From Antedon mediterranea (taxonomy: Eukaryota; Animalia; Echinodermata), in contig NC_092673.1 of the NCBI RefSeq assembly GCF_964355755.1, forward strand, positions 21,201,648 through 21,265,647: a DNA stretch of 64,000 nt, read 5' to 3'. The position numbers and the translations under genes are program-made. This document shows positions 37,526-51,931 of this stretch, one piece after another. The notes below the pieces were generated by a model. It was not told where the DNA came from, searched no databases, and worked only from the letters and a program-made list of their open reading frames with translations. Within the stretch, counting starts at the first letter, position 1; each line of letters opens with the position of its first letter.

Positions 37526-38847
37526 TTAAACATTTATCGAAATTTATTTCACATATTACCGTAATTAAATTTTTGTGTAGGGTTCTCGCGAATGAAACAA
37601 ACCAGGGGGCGCTTTTAATATATTCCGTTTTAAAATAATAGTATCTATTTAGCGATCATTCTCTGTACGGTATCTTTATTAATACATTTTGTATTTTATA
37701 ATGTATACAAAGATATCATAATAGCCATAAACAACCTTGAAAGACAAAAAAAGTAAAACTTGATTAGAATAGATATTCACTAAATTCCATTTAATTTATT
37801 TATATATCAAGAAAAAAAAACATTAAATGGGTTACCCAAAACCTGACTAGTTATAAAACCCCAAACTGACTAGTTCTCTAGAAGGATCACACACACCAAA
37901 GTAGAAAATAGTTACCCTGACTGATATTTATATAAATATAGACACTATGTGAAATTTTACCTAAACAATTGATTACATTGAATACTGTAATAATCAAGGT
38001 TTAATTGGATAAGTGCACACGTTGGCTCAAAACGTCTTTGGTTCAATCACAATTATTAAAGTAAGTGTTTGAACTATAAAGGCTAAGAATGAATTCTTGT
38101 ATAAATAAAAAGCATAATAAAATTGTGCAGTTAAATTATAACATTAAAAGTATAGACACATCACACATACCTATAAATAGGTTCATGAACACACCACCAC
38201 ATATATAAATAATAAAAAATAAAAATATTTGTTTACTTTTAACTTTTAGTTACATTCAAAATAGAAACATTTATCCTAGAAATGTCCAAAGAAAAATGTC
38301 TCCAATTAATGACAAATATTAAAATAAATGTTGAACCATCAGAATAAGACTCTTGGTGATACATAATATACATTATTATAATTTTAAGTAATAATAGCCC
38401 AAAATATAATCTGTTAATTCTTTTTCAATTAGCATACATACTTTGTGTGTTATTTAAAACAATTTGTGATTGTTGACAATTTATTGACAACAATAACCAT
38501 TATTTTTGTGATGAATCTCTTTACAGTGATTGTTTCTAAAAATATGTACCAGTACCCGACTGATAATTTACCCTTTTTACATCGCCTAGCAAGACTCTAG
38601 ATTTTATACGCACCTGGTCCGACATCATGGGTTAACACCCCAGTGTGTGTAAACTACAGAATTTTGATAGACAATGTAGAAGTGGTATATGACTAATAGC
38701 TACTACAAACAGCCAATGCCATAATTATCAGTTTTACAGTAATATAATATATTGGCCAATACTTGACGCCTAAACCCCTATCCCCTGCTAATAATTTCTT
38801 GCATAGTATTTCGAAGCATGCAACTTTGTCTAATAAAAACGATGGCA

Positions 38848-41800
38848 TTAGTTGAGACGTGCTCGGGATGAGTGTTCATAACGTTCTTTCTCATTTTCAA
38901 TCTCTCGGCAAAGAACATATGCTAAAACGATTCCAGTGATCTGTTTAAAAAGAAAATTATTATTGCATTATTATATTTGTTATTATAATTATACAAATAT
39001 GTTGTAATTTTTTAGCATTTAATCCTATTAATAAAATACATTTACATCTGTATTGAGGTTTGGATATATTGTATTACTGTTTGTTTTGTTGTTACTATAC
39101 TAACATACTATTTAACATCCAAATCTTTGCATATCTCTAACCTTTGTGAAGTCTGGGATTTCCCAATCAGTTATCAGTGAATGTGTTTGTTGAGCGGTAA
39201 AAAGCACAATATCAGAATGTAGAATAAACACAAACTACAAATTTGTTTAACACGCTCAATTAAACTTTATCATTACGCTAACGCCTTAAAAAAGGCCATT
39301 AATAAAAGAAAGTAAACAGATAAAAATATATTTGAAGATCAATACAGATTGGTCGCTGCCAGCAATAATATTTTTTGACCTGTTACCTTGTAACCACACA
39401 TAGAATGTTCTAGAACATACAAAAATAGAAAATTAGCTGATCATATAACCTCAACACCTTGGGTTAGAATTTCTTATTAAGCTTGAATTTGTCCCAAGAA
39501 AAGCACAGTCAATACTATTTAGGATTTTAAAAAAAGTGGGGGGGGGGTATGCTTTGTAATGTAACAAAGAATAACAAACCTGAAAGGCTGCAACCATTAT
39601 AACAGTAACTCCCACAATGTAACTCTTTGTCTTAATTTCATCTAAGAGAGCTTCAACGCAACCCACTGTATAGATTTTATCGTTTGCTTCCACAACCTAG
39701 AAAAATTTAAAAAAAACATTATCATAAGCAGCTGCTTATCTACTAATTTTTTTAAATAAATTTTTTTAAGGCGTGAAATTTTATTTTGATGTCTTCTGTC
39801 TTGTACAGTACTTCATGACTTGTATGACACGCCACATCTGTCATAACATTGGCTATTTAGTAGTGGAGCTGTAGCTTAGTGTTTAACATGCTTGTCTTCC
39901 AATCTAAAGGTCCGGGGTTCAATCCTGACCTAGTGCCAGGGTTGTAAATCACGACCATTTCAAATCCACTCTCTAAACCTCAAATGAGACTTAGTTTATA
40001 AGCACAATAAAATAATAAATAGTTTATCCATGGAGGTAATCATTTTTATACCTCCATGGTTTATCCATCCTGTTATTGGCGAGTCACTCGCTGTTGGATG
40101 CGTATGAAATAAAATAAAAAAATATTTAGTGAAATGCAAACTTGAAGCTGAGTCTAACATTACTAAACGATCACTCACTGATAATCGCTGTGTGTTGTAA
40201 CCACACTGTGTATTGATAATTTCTTGTTCAGTATTACTATTGAGACAACATGAGTATGGCACGCCACATTTCTCAAGACTTGGATTGCTTGGTGTACAAT
40301 TAAAGTACTTGTTTTTGGTCCAGTCTTCATATGATGAAGCAGCTCCACAACATTCAAACTGTTGAAAGAATAACCTTGTGTTTACAGATGTCTTTGCCAT
40401 AATTCATCTGCTGTGAACAGTGTAATTATTAACTTGAATCACAAAAAAGGGCACATTTGAAATTGAACTCCAGAGTTGACGCCCCGGTGTTTTGGTGTGA
40501 AAGGTAAACCCAAACAATTCTCCGGAGGGCACACCGCGGGGAAACACTAGTGTTTTGGCGTGAAAGGTACAAACATCAAACTCCGGAGTTTTTAGGTCAA
40601 ACGGTCATCCTCACCCGATCAATCATATTTCTACAAAATATATAGCGGATTGAAAAATAAAATATAATTAGTATAAATAAAACATTATGACTTCTGAGAT
40701 TAAATTAAAAATATTATAAATTGAAATGATTATGATGATCGTCGCTATGTAAACAAACAAAATAGAGGGCGGTATTTATGATTATATTTTAAAAAACCTG
40801 GTGTTGCTAGGTTGGTGTGAATGGGGTATCTCCGGAGTTTCTTGATGTTTTGAATGGTCAAAACCCTGAGGTGTCTCTGGAGACCACTGCGGAGGTTCGG
40901 TGTGAAAGGGGTAAATGTTACTTACCGTTCTTTGTGAAAAGTCAATGAAGTTTGTGAGATCCTCATAGCCAGGTTGTCTGTATCTCATTATTGATGTTTC
41001 AACTATATCATTCGCTTCCTGTTCAAACTATCAAACAAAACAAAATATGTTATCTCTCACAAAACTTAGTTATTTTCTTTTATTGTTTATTGATTGTTTT
41101 TCCATTGGAGGTGAACATGAACACAATAAACATAAGTCATAGTCATCCCCAGTAGAGTAGCCAATGTTGAAAACAAAATCATGCCAGGTGGCAGCACAAA
41201 ATTATGCCAGGTCATGCTAGGCACAATTATGGCCAAATGTCACCAAACATTGTATCAGAGCGCGGTATATGAGTACTGTATATGTACCGTACTACAAAAG
41301 CCAAATTATGCTAGATTTGGTTACAATTATACTAGATTTTTTCGAAAAAATTCTAGAAAAATTGCTAGATCATAGAAAATATGCTTCAAAATTGGTTTTC
41401 CATAATGTCAAATTATGCTACAGTAGATTTTCTAAAATTATACCTAGCATAAATTCTAGATGGGTCAACATTATGCTACATTGAATAATTACGCTAGATT
41501 TGGCCACTATGATCACTATGAACCCCATAAAAAAATGATTGCGTTTTTTGTTCGTTTTTATCTGTTTTTGTTCTTGTACAGTATGGTATCGAAATAAATC
41601 AAATCATATGTTGTCGCACATGAAAAGATTGTAATATTGACAAGATATTGTTTAATCTCTTTGTCTTGCATCCCTATAATATATTGACCCCATTATGCTA
41701 TTTACAGGTGGTTAGTAAATCATCTTACCTCATCTGAATATATAAACACTAGAACACCTGCCATAACTTCCAAGACAAAAATTAGGAGCAAAAGCAAGTA

Positions 41801-44800
41801 AAACTGAAATCAAGATCAGCGGGAAAAATGCAGGTTAAAAACACATGCTGTTAGTTAAATAGTAGACAATAAAAAAGTATACAAACAAATATTCATTAAC
41901 TTTTGTTTTAGATTTGTTTAAAGATGTATTATCCCCCGAAGATTAATTAAATAAGACTTTGAATAGGTTATTTTGTAGTTTTAATCAAGTTAATCACTTC
42001 CATAGAAAAAAGTGCGTAGAAAAACCGAAAAACAAATTATGTTTTCACTTATGAAATAACATAAATGGTTAAATTCAACCAAAAATCCATTGGCTGGCAG
42101 CCAATTTGACCATTTTTTGCTTTAAATTACATTTTTTGGGGTAAATAAATGTTGTTCAGATCCACTTTTTGGTCAAAGGAGATAACTATTATGTGAAATT
42201 AAAATGGCATAGTCAACAAAAAACAAATTATATAATAAAATATTTTTCAAGGGGACAATATATCTTTAATGGGAGTATTTCAATTCAATTTGGTTTTATA
42301 TTTCAACAAGTTCTGTGCTACGAAGAGCAAAAATATCTAATAATATGAGACTCAACCAAAAAACAAAGCAAAATACTGTATAATGGATGATACTGTACAT
42401 TATATTGATTATTTATAAATTTGAATAATTTTCAAATATATTATTAATACTAATATACAGAATACTATAAATGTGTTTTTTTTATAATATCGTCGTCGGT
42501 CATTAAATGTATTTATCAATTAACTAAATGTTTGGAAATACTGTATGTTAATTTTTTAATATTATCCAAATTTTTGATTTCTGTTCACTTGAAACTTTGT
42601 CAACTAAAAGTGAAATTTCATTTTAGTTACATACAGTACTTCCCACTGACGGGTGACTCGCTAACTTTAATTATGATGATGTAACAACATTTTCTACTAA
42701 TTGGATACTTCCTGAAGACATCACATGACGAACAAAGAAATAAAAAGATTAATGTATTTAAAGTTTTTGGCTAAATGCCCTCTTTAAGTCTATCCAGAAT
42801 GATTTCTAATTTTTATAGTTTATTTAGTATAAAAATAAATGTATAAAATATATGTCGCATGCTTTTACATTCACTTTACTATTCATTGTATAAAAAATAT
42901 ATAATGTCACTTTAAAGTGGATCACTCTGAATGTCACAGACAAACTTTTTAGGAAAAAGGGTATGCATGCATGTTAATTAACTGAGAGATATTTTGTTAA
43001 TATTTCTTCATGCCAATGTACCTTTAATGGAGCAAATGCGTACTGTATGCCAACAAGCTTCATTTGTAATGTCAAATCCATGTCATGTCAAAGGTCAAAT
43101 GCATTTTATGCAAACTAGCAAGTCCTACCTTCCCTTTAAGGGCAAAGGCCATTATCCCACAAATCACTTCTATTAAGAAAAGGATTGCTATGGATACGTA
43201 GAACTACGCACAAATAAAAATATTGGTTAATAATACACTTCATTCACAGAACAATTTTAATTAAATTTCAGACGTTTTGTTTATGATACACAGTAGCGAT
43301 TTCGTCGTACAAATCAAAAAAAAATATTACAGATGTACTCAGATTGGTGAAGAAATGACAATTTAAATTGTGATATTTGGCTAAAAAGGCATTCAATCTG
43401 CATATTTACGTTATGTTTTGCTGATACAATATTCGCATAATCACATATTGGAATACTGTATATAATCGTATTTGTAAATGTCAGTTGGTCATATTTTAGA
43501 TCTAATACTTACAATCGTCAGGAGCACACAATTTTCACGGAGTGCACCAACACATCCCGAGAAACCGAGAATAAAAGCCAAAGCACCAACAACAATAAGA
43601 ACAATTGAAGGGTCCGTGAAGAAGTCCACGTAAGAGTTGATGCTTGTCTCACTCTCTCGCTCTACGAGTGCCCATATGCCAATTCCCATCAACACGATGC
43701 CAAATAACTATAAAATAAAAACAATTTAAAACATATAGAGTAGTCTATTGTATAAGCAATTATATTACATAGCCTATGTAAATACGCGAACGTGATTGGT
43801 TGAAACTGCATCACATGACTACCGCTGCGAGGATCGTAAATCGTATATATCCTCGAGAACGATGATATTGACTGTGTAATTTTCGCGTAATTATCGTGTC
43901 CCCTGTCATTAAACATATAGATTCTCGAGTTCGATGATATTGACTGTGTAATTTTCGTGTACCAACACTCGCGTTGCCGATAAATAAACAAAAGTCATCA
44001 ACTCGATCTTGAACTCGGGTGGAATTGTCACTCCATCGCAAGACAACGCTTCAACCGCTGCGCCACTGAACTTGCTTGAAGAAATTAATCTTCTAAACTA
44101 TTTAAGCTATGCATACATAGCGCCCTCATTTGTTATTAGTCCACCCTAAATGTGATGAAACACCGTTTGTGATTGGTCAATACTCACGGTGTAGTAACCT
44201 AGTAACTAGTACGCGCTGAACATCCGGTGATTCGGCTCCTCGAAGAGAAGTTAAGAAGACGAATTTTTATTCGGCCTACCTGATTATAATATTATTATTA
44301 ATAGGCTTATTGATGGAAATTCTTCTGTTAATTTAAACGACCTACAGTAGGCCTAAGTGAATATTTTATTGCCAAGGAATCATTAATTAGTAATTATCTG
44401 TATATTATTCTTCGCAAGGTAAGGTGTCTAGGCAGGCTTGTTTAAATACAATACAAATATAGGTAGGAGGCCTAGCCTAGCTTCACCCAACCCAGCAGAC
44501 TTGTTCTTGGCTATATAATATAACAGATATTGCCTTTTATATCGGTTAAATATAAGATTTGACATCCCCTCGGGAATGATATTAAGTTCTCGGGAAATAT
44601 ATATTCCCTCGAACTTAATATCATTCCCTCGGGGATGTCAAATCTTATATTTAACCTCTAAGCAGTCAATATCTGTATAATATTTCATAGTGAAGATCAC
44701 AATGCATTGTGGTATCATTCATTAATAAGTTCATTACAACACCCTGGTCTTAGCAAATGCCAGGCCCAACTTGATTAAAATATATATATATTTTTTTATT

Positions 44801-47800
44801 TAAAGACACCTTCCCTGCATTTTTAGTCGCGTGGACGCGACTCTATAGTTCACTATGTCGGTCGGTTGGTCTGTCTGTCTGTCGGTCCGGTATCACTATG
44901 CGTTTTATCGCTTTCTGACCTTATCTTGATATCAGTTTAATCTAGCTAGGTCAATTTTTCACAGTATATTCCTTATGGCCAGGAATCGATGTGGTTATGT
45001 TTTCACGGTGCGCAATAAAAAATTACGCGGTCTACGCACGATTTAACGAAATCACGTTTGTAATCATATCTTCACAACCATGAATCACAATTAAATAAAA
45101 TTTGATACTCATAAATTTCAGGGCATAAATCATCATATGGCAATACAATTACGTGCGTAGCGCGTGTAACGCATGCGTACGCGCGCTTAAAATTTATTTT
45201 CGATGAAATAAGAGTACGTTTCAGGCAATTTTAAGCGTTTACAAAATTGCCATGAGTGCGCATATTTTTGCGCGCGCACTACGCGTTAAATGTTATTGCA
45301 CACTCTTTTTGCCCGATTTCTGTTTTCTTGACTTACTTTTCAACTCGAAATTACGTTATACGAGCACGTCAAAAGTGACAGGCTACGCACGTGTAAATTA
45401 AAATAATATAAATGTTTTTAAACATTTCAACATTTTTAAACATGTTTAGTAATTTCGGTCAGTATACAGTAGTTCACTATGTCGGTCGGTCTGTCGGTAT
45501 CACTATGCATTGTAGCACGCGACTTAATGGCTGTTGGCCTTGTTTTATCTAATTTAAGCTCACAAACTATATTTAATGTAAAATTAATACTACCGTATAT
45601 CCTATTGCGATAAGTTTTTTCGTCTCTAAATGGTTAAAAATGTAAAAAATAAGTCGATTCTAATAATTATAGTGGCCCGCTATAAATCCCAAAATGCATT
45701 GCGCGCGGATTGATATTTTTGTTTTTCTTCTGTAATTCACCCACTTTTCGATCGATCGTTAGGCCAAAACAAATGGAAGACTCCTAACTTTTCAGCGAAA
45801 ATACCGGGTTTTCCCCAATTTGTACCAACGGAGTCTGGCAAAAATAGAAAGACACTTAATGCAGCAACTATATAATACAACGTCAGGCTAGGTATATAGC
45901 TAGCGTACGATGTTCAGGCGCTAATGCAGTTTCGTACCCACCCCTTAAAATTACTCAAAATCTTCATCCAACCTACTCACGAGTTGTCTACAACATTCTG
46001 CAATCATAAAATTGTAAAAAATCGATAATTTTTTATTTAAAACTATTTTTAATCAATTAATACTGAGCACCCTTCGGAAATACATCGCCAGCTTAGCTTC
46101 GCGAAAATCATCGCTAGGCCTGCCGATAAAAGTACGGAGGCCTCACAGGACATTAACTCTATAGAGTAAACAGTTACGTTCTATAGAGGGCGTAGTTACT
46201 AACGTTTAAAGCACGCACCAAATAATTATAATTTTCATTATTTCCGACATGCGTTTCGTATTTTTAATAAAGAAAAGAAATACTATACAATTGCTGTATT
46301 CATCATTGTGGGTATCATCATAATTATCTTATGTTTTTAATTTGTTCTTTCATTTTACTAGTAGAATTTCACACAGAAAAGAAGATAAATATGGAACTGC
46401 TGACTCTTGAAGATAAAGTACTGACCAATTTTCCTCTGTTTTAGTTTATTTTACATTATGGTTTGTAGGTCAAATAAATAAATGAAATGAATAAAAAGAA
46501 TTACAGTACTTCATTCCTGAGTTACATTGTTAATGTTATAACACAATAATCAAGCTATGACAAATTAATTGTTTTAGTATTTGTTATCACTAGCTATACT
46601 AGAAACGCTAATGGTTTCCATGTTTTAAGATTTTATAGAAGTATATTATTATTAATTAACATTTTTTATTCACCTATGAAAGACCTCTTCAAATACATGG
46701 AAATAGGAAATGCAACAAAAACAGAAAGATATAATTTATTGAAATGTAATGTACAATAATACAATAATAATTATAATAAAAATGTTTTCCATCAATTACT
46801 AGAATTTATTTTACTTCTGCTGACACTGAATACATCATTTCATGTCTATTCATTAATTTATTTCAACAATATTTTATGAGGGTGGTCCATCCAGCCGAAG
46901 CTGATCATTAGAGACCCTTACAAAAAATATAATTTGACAAGACAATAACACACAACATTCAAAATAAATAGAATTCAACATAATTAAACACAAAATATTT
47001 CTTTATGAAAAAAACTTAAAATCTGTTTCACGAGGAACATGTAAAAAATATTTTATTATCGCCATAATATGATCATAATAACAGCGTCCTCTTTAGACTT
47101 TAGATCGATGCCCTATGAGGCCTCCGTACTTTCATCGGCAGGCCTAGCGATGATTTTCGCGAAGCTAAGCTGGCGATGGATTTCTGAAGGGTGCTCAATT
47201 ATTAATTGATTAAAAATAGTTATAAATAAGAAATTATCGATATTTTACCATTTTATGCTTGCTGAATGCTGTAGACAACTCGTGAGTAGGCTAGATGAAG
47301 TATTGAAATCATTTTGAGTAATTTTAAGGGGTGGGTACGAAACTGCATTAGCGCCCGATGTTCATACGTTACCGATGTTTACCAGCCACGCCTACAAAAC
47401 TAAGCCTAGCTAGGCTAGGCCTAAAGACCGTCAACGAGAGGTCATTCGCCACGAGATACTTAGGTACAGTAGTGCATTGTTTCTCAATTTTTTTATCATA
47501 ATTTAACATAAAACGTACATTTAAGATGTGGAATGACCTGGTTTAATGTTTTTAAAGTAATATGTATTATTTTTACAAAAGGTGTCTTTAATTTTTATTT
47601 TTTTTATTTATAGTTTTTAATTTTATACAGTAGGCCTATATAATTCGACTTACTAATAAGATTAGGGGAGATCCAGATTAGATTACAGTACTAGGCCTAT
47701 TATATAACTATAATTCCAATATTATCCGCCCCCTTTAATAGTCTAGGCCTAGGCCTAGGTCGATTCGACCAGTGTCGGCCAAGACAAATGTACCTAAAAA

Positions 47801-48008
47801 AAAGTCTTTTGATAGCCAGGCTGTAGTGGCTGTAGGAACTAGGCCTAGCCAGCCAGATCGATGACTCATTGTGAAACTCGAAAGTAATATTAACATCCGA
47901 TACAGAACAGTAGTGATAAAATCGGAAACACTATTTACTTACCCAAAATAAGAAGTTAAAAACAAATAAAAGGTATTTGACTACCGGCCTCGTATCTTGA
48001 TGGGACAT
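38848..48008 (-). CDS. Tetraspanin of the TspanC8 subfamily (TSPAN5/14/17/33-like), 7 exons
   Basis: Exons 48008-47943, 43707-43513, 41803-41729, 41027-40926, 40358-40179, 39696-39580, 38940-38848. Motifs KYLLFVFNFLFW, GCVGALREN, CCG, YFNC, CGVPYSCC, NTQCGY, GC give 8 Cys in the large extracellular loop; four TM segments. Confidence 0.93.
39863..39945 (+). mobile_element. Truncated tRNA-derived SINE head
   Basis: A-box-like gtagcttagtg and B-box ggttcaatcc; no intact cloverleaf acceptor stem. Confidence 0.45.
41922..42265. mobile_element. Kolobok-like TTAA MITE, copy 2 (opposite orientation to copy 1)
   Basis: TTAA|AGATGTATTATCCCC...GGGGACAATATATCT|TTAA. Confidence 0.75.
44515..44680. repeat. 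Near-perfect hairpin (~55-bp inner arms), probably a MITE remnant
   Basis: ggttaaatataagatttgacatcccctcgggaatgatattaagttc ... gaacttaatatcattccctcggggatgtcaaatcttatatttaacc, with outer arms acagatattg / caatatctgt. Confidence 0.75.
44821..45546 (+). mobile_element. HINE/DINE-1-like element, family B
   Basis: 5' AGTCGCGTG with palindrome (acgcgact), GTCG/GTCT microsatellite, 3' subterminal CACGCGACT, hairpin ggc.....gcc, T-rich ends. Confidence 0.65.
45917..47355. mobile_element. Non-autonomous element with ~235-bp TIRs and 9-bp TSD (Merlin- or Mutator-type)
   Basis: GGCGCTAATGCAGTTTCGTACCCACCCC... / ...GGGGTGGGTACGAAACTGCATTAGCGCC; perfect TSD CGATGTTCA at 45908-45916 and 47356-47364. Confidence 0.85.
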
Positions 48009-48696
48009 TTTGACGTTTAGATAAGAGTCAAACTTCGAACCATCAAAATCAAGCCAGCTACAAAGTGACAGTTTAGTTTGTGTGTGTGGACGCGATTTTT
48101 GATGACGAAAACAAACAAAGCTCGACTCCACCCACCTAGATATGGCGCGTCTTGTGTGCATTCAATTCAGATTAAAGCAACTCTCATGGGTGTGAAGAAA
48201 GTATATAATATTTTTAGAATCAAATTTTCGTTTCTAGTGAAGGACAAATTAACGTTGAACAAAATATTTTTGGAAAGGAGATGAATTTATTCAATTTTAT
48301 ATAAATATTGTTTAATAATATATAGGCCTAATAATAAAAATATATAATAATGTTTTGTTTAAAAACTTATATAACAAATCAAAGGTATTTCTAAAGAAAG
48401 ATGGCAGGATAGTGATGTTTAGGAAGGAATCACCTAGCAAACCCAGCACACAAAGCATGGAGGTATAACAACCTCCATGCACAAAGTAAATAATATAGCA
48501 AAACGTTTATTACTTCCAATGAAATTTATTCTATATTAATTGCACATACTCCCGAGTATTTCAAAATAGTTATACACAAATATCATATGTACATTTCTAG
48601 TTTATTTTATATATTACGTTATAAAAGTATTTATTGTACATATATTTACACTCAAATATTGCTATAATTAAATTAACTAATTCCATGGTTACGTCT

Positions 48697-51600
48697 TTAA
48701 TGGCGTGGAATTAGGTCATTGATAGAGCGGCCTCGTTCCAGTCTTTTCTCCATGTTCACAAGGAGTTCAACACCGTCAATGACGCGCTGGACGAGTTGGA
48801 CCTGTAGCAAAAAAAAATAAAAAAAGAGGCCATTTAAAAATAACTGATTTGATGTATTTCTTTCATCGATCCATGCTTTCGCACGCATCATTAACCTTTA
48901 ATTCACGTGCGTAAAACAGGGCGGATCCAGGATTTTGAAATGGAGGGGATGGGGCGCTAAAAATGGTGAAATGAAGGGCTGAGCTTAATTTGATTCCTAT
49001 CTTTTGCGAATGGGGCGGCCCTGGTGCGATTTTGTTTTCGTACATAAGTTGAAACCATGTGAATTGAAAGATAGCCGTATATTACTGTAATAATTAAACC
49101 AGGAAAAAATAATTTCAAAACGTATACATTAACGTGTACTTACTTCTGATTGTCCCAAACGATCAAGGTTAGAGATATCAAACGTATCTCCTTCTGTGGA
49201 ACTGTCTACTCCTCCGGTTCCACGTTTCTGTAGACGAAGAGAGGCCAAAATATCTTCGAATCTCGGATCCTATAAAGAAAATAACGTTTCGTATAATGTT
49301 TAGTCGAATACTTAAAGCATTCTCGCCTCCTATGATAGTAACAGAACCTCACACTGTCTCCTCCTCTCCTCACTATACCATTAAGAATACCTTACCATAC
49401 TTACTACTAAATTAAACACGCGCGCAAACCCAAAACGCGTACCATATCAATTTGAGTGCGCGCGTAACACTTGATGCGCAGTACAATAGTAGCAATAAAG
49501 TATACAAAACCACCGATGATTTATTACCAATACCATACCTTATGGAGTTTGGTAAGCTTTACGTGAACACCCGCACGCAGACCAGTTCCCAGGTTGGAAG
49601 GGCACGTCAAAATATATCCTAAATGTTCACTCCACATAAACTCCCAGCCGTTTGATTTAATCTGCTTCTCAACCTGAAGAAGACAAAAAAAAAATCGATG
49701 TTAGTTTTTTTAAATTCAACATTTAAATTTTGAAATTATAAGTTTGAGATTCTTTAATTTACCTCTTTTAGTCCGTCACAGAACCTCTTAAATACACGTT
49801 TCATGTTTCCTCCTTTCTCCATGGAGATAACACGCGTGTGGTCCTCTTCGTTCACCCACACGAGGAAGTTCTTTTGGTCGTTGTGCCTGGAAAAGAAAAT
49901 GATGTTCAATCAATTGTCATTTTTACCCATTGCTATATGATTATAGCCTATTCAATAACATGTTAATTGTGAAACAAAACGATGTCTTACTCACCAAATT
50001 CCTCGGGCATCAGGCCAATCTCTTGCCATACCAGCACATGTTAGAAGTGGAGAGACTGGTTTGTCGAATAAGAAGTGATCGTTTATAAGTTGCTCCTGTT
50101 CGCTTTCTGTCATGTTGTTAAGCGGATAGTAAGTTCCTCGCAGATCTCCTTTTAATCCATCAAGGGCTGCCTTCACAACCTATAGAAGAAATATGAATTA
50201 TATTAAATATATATTAGCTCATAACCCTTTTTTCTCCACTTTGTGCTCCCAACGCATTAGTAGATAAAATTGCATGCAAAAATCAAACCTACACGTTCCA
50301 CTTCTCGTCGTTCGCCCCGTGTACACGAGGGCGGTAAATCCAAACCGCGAATGCTACGTCCTGTACGAACACGAGAGGACAAGACATATTTTGAGTCAAA
50401 GTTTCCACCTCGGATCTTGGACGAATCGAGATCTGTTGGGTGGATGTCTTCTGGTCCATAACCATTATGACGTGTAAATATAATTGGATCAAATAGCTCC
50501 TTAAATACCTATAAAGAATGAAAATATGTTAAGATAAGGTTGGCATTTTAAAAACAGTCTTTTTAGAGCAGAGTAGACAAAGGTGGATCTAGGCCATAAT
50601 TCAACAACTCCTCCATGCTCAGAGATGTTTTTGTTGTTGTTATTAACTTCACAGACATAAGTTTTATCGCAAAATTTTCGCGACTCTTGTGCAACAAATC
50701 ACGTACGTACGCGTCAAGATTCAAGATTCAAGAAATTTAATTTGTCCATAAAATGGAAATTCACTTTGCTTGGTAGATTAAAACAACAATAAAAAACAAA
50801 CATAAAAAATGTAGCAACAATTTAAAACGTGCAGTATTATAACAGATTAAAATACAAGATAAAAAGTTTGAAATAAAAAAAACTGTTAAAAATGTAAAAC
50901 TATTTAAAAATTGCATTATCGTCTTACATTAGAATTAAAAATATGAATGCTATTTACAACGAAGGATTTTCTAGTTCTACAAAGATTTGCTCTTGGAGGT
51001 CGTAGCCTAATACCTGATCTATTTAAGTTATAACAGTAATGTAACGGATGAGGTGGGGTCTTTCATAATATTGTTTACTTTTTTTAAAATACTCTTTTCA
51101 TAGATAAATGAACGAATGAATGAAGGCGTTAGATCAGCTTTAATAATACGTTGTGCAATTTTACGTGGTCTCTCAATAGTTTTCTTATCATTATCGGTAA
51201 AGTTACCATAAAAACATCCAATGCTAAAAGATAAAATACTTTGAATAATACTTTGATAAAATACAATTAAAATAGTATTATCAACTCTAATTTGCTTGAG
51301 TTTTCTGAGAAAGTAAAGCCTTTGAGATGCCTTCTTGGAAATCATGAGAGAGTTTGACTCCTATTTTAATTTGTTGTCAATTATAGTACCAAGTATTTGT
51401 ATTGGGTTACTCTTTCAACCTCGGTTTCTTTAATAGTTATTACATTATGTTCAACCACGGTTTTAAGAAAATCTATATTATCATCTCTTTGGTGACGTTT
51501 GCTCCCAATACTTCCCACTGCTATTTGCGATAAACCTTATTCTTTTGAACCTGCATACAAAAAATATTGGTTTCAACAAATACCTCGTATGACTCTTCAT

Positions 51601-51931
51601 CGCCAGCAACCATTCCAACTGTTTCAATAAAAGGGTGACCAGGATTGTCAACTCCCGTCTGAATACAGTCATCGATCGTGAAACCACTCGGCGTCTTGCG
51701 GTCCTTCAACTCCGCGTAGATACGTGGCGTCATGTAGCGCGCCATCAAATTATTGTGGTTTTTAACGTCAGGAAAATCCGCAGACGCCGGATAGCATTTA
51801 CGATTGTTTTCGGATTTGGCATATGCGGCGTTCTTGAAATCTGCCGCCCCTACAAAACCGCCACCGACGGTCAGTGCCGCTAACATCCGCTTCCTCGCTG
51901 TCCAACTCAATCGTGAAAATATTGGGGACAT
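48697..51931 (-). CDS. CKMT: Mitochondrial-type creatine kinase (phosphagen kinase), 7 coding exons
   Basis: Exons 51931-51584, 50508-50293, 50179-49995, 49886-49763, 49673-49539, 49269-49144, 48801-48697. N-terminal Arg/Ser-rich transit-peptide-like leader; motifs [60 protein letters not shown]. Confidence 0.93.
50714..51480 (-). mobile_element. 5'-truncated, degenerate LINE (Rex1/Babar- or L2-like) in creatine kinase intron 1
   Basis: [14 protein letters not shown]...[17 protein letters not shown] is the typical post-RT C-terminal region; 3' tail (CTTGAAT)n at 50714-50731 on the minus strand. Confidence 0.75.

Larger units (their letters stand above)
44804..47587. mobile_element. Kolobok-like TTAA element carrying two nested insertions
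   Basis: TTAA|AGACACCTT...AAGGTGTCT|TTAA; the TIR is short. Confidence 0.55.

Noticed and set aside
40470-41520. Possible MITEs with ggtgtgaaagg repeats (40470-40915) and ttatgctag repeats (41150-41515)
   Set aside because: Repeat-like, but I could not define both termini or a TSD.
43990-44075. tRNA-like sequence on the minus strand (gtggcgcagcggttg...gagttcaagatc)
   Set aside because: No intact cloverleaf and embedded in repeat-like DNA; at most a degenerate SINE head, not a tRNA gene.
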